A stretch of DNA of 64,000 bases from a plasmid. Location of the stretch: sequence record NZ_CP086601.1. One strand, given 5' to 3'. The position numbers and the translations under genes were made by a program. The notes below the pieces were generated by a model, which ran no database searches, was not told the DNA's origin, and was given only the letters and a program-made list of their open reading frames with translations. This document shows positions 53,541-62,115 of the stretch, piece by piece; position 1 is the stretch's first letter, and each line of letters begins with the position of its first letter.

Positions 53541-54061
53541 GCGATCACCCGCGCCCACCGCTCGTGTGCGGACTGGCGGGTCATCCCGGCCGCGCGGCCA
53601 ATGGCCTCCCAGCTCGCGCCCTGCTTCCGCGCAGCGGCGACCGCAGCGGTGAGCCGGGCCTCTGCCTCGGCCACCTCGGCGGCGGCGTACCGCACATCGG
53701 CGGTGCCGCGCAGCGGCGCGATGTGGGCCTCCCACTCCCGCAGGATCAGGTCGTTATCGTCCTCGTCCAGGAACGCGTCCTCGCTGTAGATCCGGTGCTG
53801 CGCCGGGTCGTGCTCGCCCGGCGCGGTGACCCGCGTCCAGAACTGGCCGCGCCAGCACTCGCGGCCACCGTGCTCGCAGATCGGGCGCCACCCGGTCACC
53901 TCGGCGTCGGTGCGCCGCTGCCACTCGGCCCAGGGCAAACCGGTGCCATCGGCGCGGTTGGTCGCGACCGGCCCGTCGCTCCAGTGGCCGCCGTACATGC
54001 CATCGGCGAACATCCACGCCACGTAGCCCTCGTGCTGCCCGTCGTCGGTCATCCTGCTCAT
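53537..54061 (-). CDS. hypothetical protein with C-terminal HTH-like segment (..ASWEAIGRAAGMTRQSAHERWARV)
   Basis: MSRMTDDGQHEGYVAWMFADGMYGGHWSDGP.. Confidence 0.45.
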   Translation of the reverse strand: MSRMTDDGQHEGYVAWMFADGMYGGHWSDGPVATNRADGTGLPWAEWQRRTDAEVTGWRPICEHGGRECWRGQFWTRVTAPGEHDPAQHRIYSEDAFLDEDDNDLILREWEAHIAPLRGTADVRYAAAEVAEAEARLTAAVAAARKQGASWEAIGRAAGMTRQSAHERWARVIA

Positions 54062-54141
54062 CGGATTCCCCGTTCAGTCGCTGTCAGGAAGTCCTTACAT
54101 TCTGCGGGCCGGTCGTGTCTTTCGCCGGTTACTACCGCCTC

Positions 54142-54591
54142 CTACGGGGCGCGGTGCATCGGGCACAGCAGCTCTCCGGCGGCGGTGACCGTCCATCCGT
54201 GCCGGGCCAACCAATGAGCGACCGCCGCCGGTGGCTTGCCCACGGCCAGCTCGTCGGCCAGCAGCGGGCCACCGGCCAAGCAACTGCTGCACTCGGTGTC
54301 GGCCACGCGGCCGCGCGGTTGGCACTGCTGGCAGTGATACGCCTCGCGCACCCCGGCCGCGGCGGCGTGCAGCCACAGCACCCCTAGATCCTCGCGCATC
54401 CGCGCGGCCTCGGCCGCGCTGACGGGCCGGTGCCCGCACGTCGGGCACCACACCTCCGCTGGCGGCCGGTTCGCGGCCCGTGCCGGCTGGCGGGCCGCGG
54501 TGGTGACGGCCTCCTGGTGGTCTTCGACCTCCCACAGCCCGAGTTGCCGGGTCGTCTTCTTCGCTGTCGTCACCGCGGCCGCCTCCCTCAC
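54142..54591 (-). CDS. zinc-ribbon-like hypothetical protein (CPTCGH..CQQCQ..CSSC)
   Basis: 149-aa ORF, ATGA overlap with upstream gene. Confidence 0.4.
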   Translation of the reverse strand: MREAAAVTTAKKTTRQLGLWEVEDHQEAVTTAARQPARAANRPPAEVWCPTCGHRPVSAAEAARMREDLGVLWLHAAAAGVREAYHCQQCQPRGRVADTECSSCLAGGPLLADELAVGKPPAAVAHWLARHGWTVTAAGELLCPMHRAP

Positions 54592-55325
54592 CTTGACGTG
54601 CCCGCGGTCGTGCCCCTCGGCTTGATCTCGGACAGCTCCGACAGATCCAGCCGCACCAGCCGCGCGTCATCGACCGCATGGAGCACCCACAGCTTTTCCG
54701 GGTGGTCGGCCTCGTGCCCGAGTTGCCGCCACGCCTCTGCTACCACCCGCCCGGCCCGCTTGGTCGTCAGGTACAGAATCCACGCCACCTGTTCCGGGTT
54801 GCGCAGCCTGGCGGCGTGGGAGTCGAGCACGGTTTTCAGCTTGCGGCCCGATTTCGGGGTCAGCTCGATCTCGACCAGGCCCACAGTGTCGTCCGGGAAC
54901 CACACCATCAGATCCGCGAGCGCGGCGGCCGGCGCCAGCGGTTTGTCCGCCGTCACCGCCAGCGGGCCGCCACCGGCGGCCGGGTGGTCGAGCAGCGTGA
55001 TTCCCGACTTCCGGCCGGATGCGAGCCACAGCGAGAACTCGGCCGCCAACAGATCGTGCGCCAGCTCGCGCCGCGCGAGCCGATAGGGCCGCTCCGCGGG
55101 CCAATACACCTTGTGCTGACGGCCGTGGCTGAGAAACGCCGATCCCAGCACGCCCGCGTTCTCCAGCTTGATCACCCGGCGGGAAAACAACCGCTGATCC
55201 AGCTCGTCACCCCCGAAATGGCCGTACGCGGCGCGCAGCGCCGACGACGACGCTACACCGACCTCACGCAGCCATCCGAGCACCTGAATATCACGCTCGG
55301 TCAGATGAACATTCGCGACTGTCAT
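54588..55325 (-). CDS. hypothetical protein with N-terminal winged-helix-like domain (possibly replication-relaxation type)
   Basis: MTVANVHLTERDIQVLGWLREVGVASSSALRAAYGHFGGDELDQRLFSRRVIKLENAG.. Confidence 0.45.
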   Translation of the reverse strand: MTVANVHLTERDIQVLGWLREVGVASSSALRAAYGHFGGDELDQRLFSRRVIKLENAGVLGSAFLSHGRQHKVYWPAERPYRLARRELAHDLLAAEFSLWLASGRKSGITLLDHPAAGGGPLAVTADKPLAPAAALADLMVWFPDDTVGLVEIELTPKSGRKLKTVLDSHAARLRNPEQVAWILYLTTKRAGRVVAEAWRQLGHEADHPEKLWVLHAVDDARLVRLDLSELSEIKPRGTTAGTSR

Positions 55326-55978
55326 TCGTCCCGCTCCCGCATCTCGATCGTGGCGGCCGACGGCAACCCGGAGGCCAGAAACGCCGTCGCCTGGGCGGCG
55401 ATATCATCGCGGCTCACACCGACATGAATCGGCGCCTCAGCGCGCGAATCCCGCGCCCGAATCAACAGCTCGGCAAGCTCGACCACATCGGTCAACGACT
55501 CACGGATCACCTCATCCTCGACCCCGGCCGCGCGGGCGAATACCGCCGCCCCGCACGCACCCCGGAACAGCCGTTCGACGGTGCGGGCCTGAACCTCACC
55601 GATACGTGTACGGGTATCGGCAACCAACTGCATACCAGCCCAGAAAACCGACACCTCGAACTGCTTCCAACCCGGATCACCCGGCACCGGAATCCGAACC
55701 GCGCGAACCTCCGGTTCGCCTGCCTCGACACCCGGACCGGGCGAAATGCGGAACTGCTGATTCGACACCGGCGGCCGCACCCGTGCTCGCCCGGCCAGTC
55801 CGCGAGAATTCGCGGCGGCGCGAGCGCGGTCCACATCCGAGATCCACCCGCCATGCAACGACGAAAACCCCGAACCAGGCTCAGCCAACACCACCACCGA
55901 ATCGACCTCGGCAACCACCGACGGTGACACCGACACCGCACTCAGAAACGGCATCGCGATGCCGCCACCATCCGCCAT
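55322..55978 (-). CDS. hypothetical protein, 218 aa (GGGAG RBS)
   Basis: MADGGGIAMPFLSAVSVSPSVVAEVDSVVVLAEPGSGF.. Confidence 0.4.
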   Translation of the reverse strand: MADGGGIAMPFLSAVSVSPSVVAEVDSVVVLAEPGSGFSSLHGGWISDVDRARAAANSRGLAGRARVRPPVSNQQFRISPGPGVEAGEPEVRAVRIPVPGDPGWKQFEVSVFWAGMQLVADTRTRIGEVQARTVERLFRGACGAAVFARAAGVEDEVIRESLTDVVELAELLIRARDSRAEAPIHVGVSRDDIAAQATAFLASGLPSAATIEMRERDE

Positions 55979-55989
55979 GATCCGAACCT

Positions 55990-56790
55990 AACTCCCAGAA
56001 ATGAACGCGATCAGCCGAGCATAAACACCCGCCAATACTACCCCGAAAACAGTCCGAAAACGAACACCAAAACGCCCCAACAAACGAATCACACCCACAT
56101 GAAGCAACCAGAAAACCATCACGTGGCAAGCCAACGAAGTTGGCGCGGCAGCACCACACGTAACGCGAAGATACCGCCACGGAAACGGGCGACCAACACC
56201 CAAAGAACCACCACCCGCGACGCGGTAGCGGCGCGGCGGAAAGACGACGCCGAAGGCGTTCCAACGAAGCGGTGGGGGAGGGTGCGCAGCCGCCCTCCCC
56301 CACCGCTGAGCCGGGCCCACGGATGTGGGACCGCGCCGCCACAGGCGGCGCACTGCCAGCCCCTCCGGGGAGGGGCGCAGGCAGAGGGGAGGGGAACCCC
56401 CTTCAAGATTGAACGGGGGCAGGGGGAAGTTGATGGTTTTGGTGTTGTGTGCCTGGCGCGTGATACGGAGCTTGCGGAGTATCGCTTACGCGCCAGGCAC
56501 ACAACACCAAAACCTCTTACCCCCATTCAGAACACCCCAGTGTTCCCAGGTGGTTTCCCGCCCGCCCCCCGCCGCTGGTTTCCCAACCATCCCCGATCAG
56601 CACGCTTTTCGCTGATTGGGGGTGGTTGGGAAACTGGAGCCTGCGACAGAAGCGGCGGGGGGCGGGCGGGAAACCACAGGTCAGCGCCTCGCGCTGACCT
56701 CAAACCGTGGGGGTAAGAGTGATGTATCGGGTGATGTACGCGCAGGCGTACCTAATCATCACCTGATACATCACCCTATACATCACCCGT
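55990..56790. promoter_or_regulatory. origin-like structured non-coding region: CA-rich G-poor stretch (55990-56230), repeat copy D (56101-56155), 15-bp GC stem (56267-56306), perfect 26-bp inverted repeat (56435-56460 / 56489-56514), nested 25-bp perfect IR (56552-56576 / 56651-56675) around an inner 24-bp IR, then GTGATGTA iterons (2 direct at 56719 and 56731, 3 inverted at 56756, 56767, 56778)
   Basis: sequence inspection. Confidence 0.5.
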
Positions 56791-57175
56791 GCACGCGCTC
56801 CTGGCTGTGGTGCTGGCCGTCCTCGCCGGTGGCCGGCTCCTGCTTGTCGCGGGCCTTGTAGGCCGCGACGATGTCCGGGTGGATTCTCCCACGAGCAGGG
56901 ACGTCGATGCCGCGTTCGCGGGCCCACTTTCGGATTGTGGCCGCGTCGGGCTCGCCCGACCTCGCTCGCTTCGGGGCCGTGGCTTTCACGACCCGGGCGG
57001 CGTCCCGGTAGGGCTGTAGAAGCGCCTCCAGCTGCTTCCGGTTCTCGTCGGATAGCTCCAGCTCATAGTTCGTTCCGGCGTAGCCGAACGTCACCGTGCC
57101 GCCCTGACCTTCCGGAATGGTTTCGCCGGTCAAATCGTCGGTCATATCGACAACTAACCGCTGACGCTTCGCCAT
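56783..57175 (-). CDS. lsr2: Lsr2-family nucleoid-associated protein (N-terminal dimerisation ..LVVDMTDDLTGE..TFGYAGTNYELELSDENRKQLEALLQPY; C-terminal ..IRKWARERGIDVPARGRIHPDIVAAYKAR with RGR clamp)
   Basis: MAKRQRLVVD..; strong RBS GGAGGAAAAC-ATG. Confidence 0.8.
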   Translation of the reverse strand: MAKRQRLVVDMTDDLTGETIPEGQGGTVTFGYAGTNYELELSDENRKQLEALLQPYRDAARVVKATAPKRARSGEPDAATIRKWARERGIDVPARGRIHPDIVAAYKARDKQEPATGEDGQHHSQERVHG

Positions 57176-58351
57176 GTTTTCCTCCTACTAATCCGGCATT
57201 GGATTCGCCCACAACGATAGACCAGCCCATCACGGGGAACAGGGCCGCCGCCGGTTGCGCTCGTCATCGGTGGCGGCGGTGATCCTGGCCCGCCTGGTCG
57301 CGCTCGGTAGACACGGGTGGCCTGGTGGCTTTCTGTGACTGCCGCCGGATCGAAGAGTGTCTACTTTGGTTCCCCGTAGTTCACCGCCCTGATTCTGGCG
57401 GGCAGCGGCCACCCGCTGCCGTCGGCTGCACACCTTCGGACCTGCCCTCACTCACGGACTGGCGTACCTTTCCCCCGATGGCGAGAGCCATTCGTCCTGC
57501 TGTGGCGCATATGGAACGGAAACAAGCTTGAGGTTCAGTACTCCCGGCCGTTCAGCTACTCCCGGCCACGGTCGATTGCGACTGTTCGTCGGCTAGGGAC
57601 GGCCCGGGCGGGTGGTTGACGGCTAGCGGGAAAGTGCATTTCCCGATCCCGAAGTGTGCCGCGACGTTGAGCGATATTCGCAGTGATTCACCGCCTAATC
57701 CGGTCTCGATGGTCTGTGGATATGGCGCGAACCTGTCGGCTTTCACGATGGTCGGCGCAGATTCCCGACCCGGCGATTGGGTCGCGCTGCTATCCCGGTA
57801 TTACCCGGACCGGACCGATGCGGACGTGATGAACGTGATGCTGTCGTTCGTCCATATGCTCAGGCAATAGGGGATCGTTCAGCGCGAGAATCTTCCGGTT
57901 CGTGGTGGCGGCGGCGATGGGAAATCAGGGCTGGCGTCCTCGGTCGTCTACTTGCGGTATGCGCCGCTCTAGCGGCGGGCCGCCCCGGGCGTGACCGACG
58001 GGGACGCCGCCCCGAAAACGAACCTATTCGCATCGCTGGATCGTGCGCGGGCACTGGCGCCGCCAGTGGTACCCGTCGCAGTCCCGCCATATCCCGATCT
58101 GGATCAGCGAGACCATCGCCGCACCCGAAGATTTGCCGCTGAAAGTGAAAGACAAGATCCGAATTCTCGGCCGATAGGCGGTCGATCTGGGCGTACGCGT
58201 CGGGCCGGTCTCCGCCCTGTCCTCGGCACGATTGTTCGCGCGTGTTCACTGCTGTTCACTGTGAACAGCGAACATGAGCGAACACCGTCTCCGGCGTTCG
58301 CTCACCGTGTTCACTGCTGTTCACTGGCCCAGCACCACCGAGGAGACACCC

Positions 58352-58648
58352 GTGCCCGAGATCCCCGAGCCCATCGTCACCGCCGTGACCTACCGGGTGT
58401 CGTGCCTGCCGATCGATCACCCTGCCCACCGGCACTACAGCCTCACCGTGGCCTACCGCATTCGCGGCACCGAATCCGGATACAGCGTCAGCGACGGCGC
58501 GGACTACTACTACGACGCCGACGGTGCCGTGGGCAGCGATCCGGTGCTGATGCCCGCGGCCGCCGCCCTCGCCCTCGCGCAGCGGATCGCACCTACCATG
58601 ACCGGCATCAACGGCCAGACCGTCGCCGACATCCTGACCCGCGCCTGA
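58352..58648 (+). CDS. hypothetical protein (GTG start after GGAGA)
   Basis: VPEIPEPIVTAVTYRVSCLPIDHPAHRHYSLTVAYRIRGTESGYSVSDGADYYYDADG.. Confidence 0.3.
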   Translation: MPEIPEPIVTAVTYRVSCLPIDHPAHRHYSLTVAYRIRGTESGYSVSDGADYYYDADGAVGSDPVLMPAAAALALAQRIAPTMTGINGQTVADILTRA

Positions 58649-58691
58649 GTCCTGGCCAACCTTCGGCGCCATCCCTGGCCGGCGGGTCAGC

Positions 58692-59099
58692 TCACCCGTC
58701 GGCGGCCGCGGTGCGGGGCGGGTGTTTGGCTGCGCGGCATTCCTTGCAGCGACCGCCGTGGTGGCGGACTCCGCTCGGGGTCCCGCAGAATTCCCCGGCG
58801 GGGCAGGTCTGGGCGAGGGCGTCCTCAAGCGCCTCGCGGAACTCGCCGTCCCAGCGGGCACGGCCGTAGACCTGCTGGTGGGTGACCTCGATCACCGCGG
58901 CGGCTTCGGCGACGGTCATTCCCTCACGCACCGCCGCGAGCAGGACTTGCGCGTCACGGTCATCGAACGCCTGCGTGGCGATTTTGCGCCGCCAGGCGCG
59001 GGAGACCTCGGCGTGTGCGGCGCGGGCTCGCCGGTCGCGGGCGGCGAGAACGTGGTATCGGCTGTTGTCGTTGTAGGGGTAGGTGCGGGCAGTCGGCAT
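58692..59099 (-). CDS. hypothetical HTH protein with C-terminal Cys4 zinc-ribbon-like motif (CPAGEFCG..CKEC)
   Basis: MPTARTYPYNDNSRYHVLAARDRRARAAHAEVSRAWRRKIATQAFDDRDAQVLLAAVREGMTVAEAAAVIEVTHQQVYGRA.. Confidence 0.4.
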   Translation of the reverse strand: MPTARTYPYNDNSRYHVLAARDRRARAAHAEVSRAWRRKIATQAFDDRDAQVLLAAVREGMTVAEAAAVIEVTHQQVYGRARWDGEFREALEDALAQTCPAGEFCGTPSGVRHHGGRCKECRAAKHPPRTAAADG

Positions 59100-59177
59100 G
59101 GCGGTATCCGTACGTCGGAAAGGGGTTGGTCGCAGGGCCTTCCCCCGCGTGCGCGGGGCCTCGGTGACGTCGAGACA

Positions 59178-59337
59178 CCCCCTGCACGCTCCCGAGAGGG
59201 CGTGCAGGGGGTCGTCGCGATCACCGCTGATCCCCGCCAACGCGGGGAGGTCACGCAGCTGTGGCGTGAGCAGGGTCATCCCCGCCAGCGCGGGGAGTGC
59301 GTTGCGCCTCTGGCGCATCCCCGCAGGGCGCGGGGCC
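59178..59337. repeat. cluster of GC hairpins: CCCCCTGCACGC-N10-GCGTGCAGGGGG, then three ATCCCCGC-N4/5-GCGGGG(A) units at 59230, 59278, 59317 resembling the palindromic core of type I-E CRISPR repeats but with 48- and 39-bp periodicity
   Basis: sequence inspection. Confidence 0.6.
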
Positions 59338-59497
59338 AAGGCACTGTGTGTGCCGTTGGGTGTGAGGGTATCAGGACAGACCGTCGCCGCGGGCGTTTCG
59401 GCGCGACCACCAGCGTCGCCCGCCGCCGCAGCGGGTACCCCGAGCGGGGTACCCCAAGCGCCCGCACTCGCGGTCCGGGCGCCCTGGCGGTGGGCGG

Positions 59498-60298
59498 CTA
59501 TCGGCGGCCGGCTTCGTCGGCGGTGGTGCCCGCGGCCCACCCCTGCCCGCGCCGGGACCGCACCCATGCCTCGATGGTGTCCCACATCCACCCGGCCCGG
59601 TCGCTGAGCTCCATGTCCGGCACCGGCAGCAGGCCGCGGTGCCGGTAGGACCGGATCGTGGCCGCGTCCACGCCGATCCGCTCGGCCACGTGCTCCACCG
59701 CCAGATACAGCGGCGTGCCCTCGAACTCCCCGGCGCGACGCACCACCGTGGCCACGTCGTCGTCGGACAGCACTTTCAGGTCTTCCTCGGGCACGTAGCC
59801 CCACCGGTAGACCCGCTCGGCCTCACCCAGCAACCGCTCGGCCCCCTGAAACTTCGCCTGAGGGGAGAGCCGATCGAAGTCGGCGCGGGCCTTCTCCAGC
59901 ACCGTCGCCGCCCGCGCGCGGCGTTCGCGGATCAAGCGGTCGTAGACCAGGTGGGCGCGGGCGGTGTCGGCCAGGATCGCCCACGCGGTCGCAGCGTCAT
60001 AGACGCTCTCGACGCAGTAGATGCGCTCCGCCCCGGCGACGTGCGTCGTGCGGTGGGCGTCCCCGCCGGTCCAAATCAATCGGTCCTCTCGGGATGCGGC
60101 GTCTCGACGCGACCGCACCGCGCCACCGCCGGACCACCAATTGGTGATGCACATGCGCGGACCGGAGTCCTGCCACTCGCCATCGGCGTGAGGGTAGGAG
60201 TAGCGGGCGTGAGGGGTCACGGTGACGGTCAGGTCACCGGCGAGCGCGTAGACGCCCTCGCTGTCGAGATCGATGTTCGGAGCTGTAGTCGATGCCAT
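59498..60298 (-). CDS. hypothetical protein with C-terminal MerR/excisionase (Xis/AlpA)-like HTH (..PLYLAVEHVAERIGVDAATIRSYRHRGLLPVP..WMWDTIEAWVRSR)
   Basis: MASTTAPNIDLDSEGVYALAGDLTVTVTPHARYSYPHADGEW.. Confidence 0.45.
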   Translation of the reverse strand: MASTTAPNIDLDSEGVYALAGDLTVTVTPHARYSYPHADGEWQDSGPRMCITNWWSGGGAVRSRRDAASREDRLIWTGGDAHRTTHVAGAERIYCVESVYDAATAWAILADTARAHLVYDRLIRERRARAATVLEKARADFDRLSPQAKFQGAERLLGEAERVYRWGYVPEEDLKVLSDDDVATVVRRAGEFEGTPLYLAVEHVAERIGVDAATIRSYRHRGLLPVPDMELSDRAGWMWDTIEAWVRSRRGQGWAAGTTADEAGRR

Positions 60299-60306
60299 GC
60301 CTACAG

Positions 60307-60371
60307 TCTACGTCACATACCAACGTGCATCAATGTCGCATACCAACGTGCATCAATGTCGCATACCAACG
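60307..60371. repeat. three 23-bp-spaced iterons GTC(A/G)CATACCAACGTG (two exact 23-bp units CATCAATGTCGCATACCAACGTG) immediately upstream of the 59498..60298 gene start
   Basis: direct repeats seen at 60310, 60333, 60356. Confidence 0.75.
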
Positions 60372-60608
60372 TGTTCGCGGTGTTCACAGCGAACAGCGAA
60401 CACGCCGCAGCGGCGTGTTCGCGCGTCCGCCGTGTTCACTGGCCGTGTTCACTCGTTCGTTCGTGTTCACTGCCCCGGACGCGCCCGATCGTCGCCCGCG
60501 CGTTCGGTGGGCTCGTCTGCTCTCCCCCGCGGTGAACACAGCGAACGCGGCCACCGGTGTGTCCGGCGGCCGCGTTCGGTCGTTCGCTTGGTGTTCGGTT
60601 GGTCGCGT

Positions 60609-61745
60609 TCAGTCGGTGTGGCGTTCGCGGATCACCAGGTGGGCCAGGACCGCGCCCATGCCGACGACGGCGACGGGCAGGCAGGCGACGAGGGTGATGA
60701 TCCACCACGGCGCCTCGGTGATGCCGCGGGCGGCCATGAAGTGGTAGGCGACCTGCCCGGCTGCGCCGATGGCCAGGCTCACGAACGCCGACGCCATCGC
60801 GTAGGTGCGGGTCGCCTGGGTGTGCACCCGCCCGGATAGCCACACGTAGAGGGCATAGCTGGCGTATGCCTCGACGCCGATCGGCAACGTGATCGCGGTG
60901 TTGATCTCGAAACCGTCGGCGATCCCGGGCAGGGGATGGACCACCCCGAACCCGGTCAGCTCGCCCAGTCCGACCCACCCCGACCAGATGGCCACGAACG
61001 CAGGGAACGCCATCAGCAGCACCGGCCAGGTCGGCAGCGGGCGAACCCGGCGAACGGGCTGGTCCTGTTCACTGCTGGTGTTCAGCTCGCGCCTCTGAGG
61101 ACTCACCGGGGCCGGTGGTGCCAGCATGGCCGACTGCGGCGCGGGGATCTCGTCGGCGGGCACCTGCACCGCCGCAGCGGCCGTGTTCACCGTGTTCACC
61201 GGCGGGTGTTCACTGCGGTGTTCACTCGTTTGCGGGCCGGTGTCGGCGGTTCGCTCGGTCTGTTCACCACTCCCCCACTGCTCGGGCTCGGCGGCCGCGG
61301 TCGGCGCGGGGACGGTGAACGGTTCGGTCTGCTCGACAGCGAACACGGTGGGGCCTCCTGACGGCTGTTCGCTCTGTTCACTGCTGTTCGCGGTCTCCCC
61401 CACCTCGGCGGCCGCGGCGGCGGCTGGTTCGGGCTCGGTCGCCGGCTCGGTGGCCGCGGCGGGGCCGTCGTTGTCCTCGGCCGGGGCCGGGACGCTGAAC
61501 AGGCCGCGCTCGCCGCTGTCGGTGGCGGCCAGGCCGCGCTCGTCGCGCCACTCCTTGACCACCTTCCAGACCAACGTGCGACCGACCGGGTATCCGTGAT
61601 CGGCAAGCCACTGCCGCACATCCGGCCCCGACGGGTCGTCCAGCTGCTCGCAGGCATACCGGATCGCGTCACGCTTCACCGGCCGCGCCCGCAGCGCCGC
61701 CCGGTGAAACCGGGCTTCCTCGGCCACCCGATCGATCGTCGCCAT
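60609..61745 (-). CDS. membrane protein: N-terminal soluble domain, long low-complexity linker encoded by GTGTTCAC-type repeats, C-terminal 4-TM domain (DUF2637-like)
   Basis: MATIDRVAEEARFHRAALRARPVKRDAIRYACEQLDDPSGPDVRQWLADHGYPVG..; RBS GAGGTG. Confidence 0.5.
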   Translation of the reverse strand: MATIDRVAEEARFHRAALRARPVKRDAIRYACEQLDDPSGPDVRQWLADHGYPVGRTLVWKVVKEWRDERGLAATDSGERGLFSVPAPAEDNDGPAAATEPATEPEPAAAAAAEVGETANSSEQSEQPSGGPTVFAVEQTEPFTVPAPTAAAEPEQWGSGEQTERTADTGPQTSEHRSEHPPVNTVNTAAAAVQVPADEIPAPQSAMLAPPAPVSPQRRELNTSSEQDQPVRRVRPLPTWPVLLMAFPAFVAIWSGWVGLGELTGFGVVHPLPGIADGFEINTAITLPIGVEAYASYALYVWLSGRVHTQATRTYAMASAFVSLAIGAAGQVAYHFMAARGITEAPWWIITLVACLPVAVVGMGAVLAHLVIRERHTD

Positions 61746-61962
61746 AGCGGTCACCTCAACCCCTTCCGCTTGTAGAGCCCATATCGGACCCGTCTCCGGT
61801 ATTCGCCTTGCCGCCTGTATCGGCACTCGTGCCCATATGGGCAACATGGGTGCTATGCGCAGTAGCGGTGCTGACTCGGACAGGTCTGATAGTGGCGATA
61901 GGTCACACGGTAACGCCGAGTCCAGGGTTTCCGCGCGATTCCCGAACTCGGCACGCTGACAC

Positions 61963-62006
61963 TACCACCTCTAGTGCCCATATGGGCACTAGAGGTGGTA
62001 GTGATA
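61963..62006. promoter_or_regulatory. perfect 44-bp palindrome CACTACCACCTCTAGTGCCCATATGGGCACTAGAGGTGGTAGTG; related GTGCCCATATGGGCA sites at 61826-61841 and 63391-63410: candidate parS/centromere-operator for the downstream parA-parG
   Basis: sequence inspection. Confidence 0.55.
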
Positions 62007-62115
62007 TGTAGGTGAATATGGCTCGTATGGTGACTAGACGCCTTTGCGGCCATTCTGTTGCTATGGTGTCCGCGTTGGCTATCGGGCATATACCCCCGGT
62101 CAGGATGGGACTCTC

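Noticed and set aside
59178..59337. Possible CRISPR array
   Set aside because: Only three units, irregular 48/39-bp period (spacers 19 and 10 bp), no leader and no cas genes in the window. Kept as a hairpin-cluster finding only.
58692..59804. 370-aa minus-strand ORF and overlapping 308-aa plus-strand ORF
   Set aside because: Both run through the hairpin-dense non-coding region 59100-59500. Only the 3' 135 codons (58692..59099) look protein-like.
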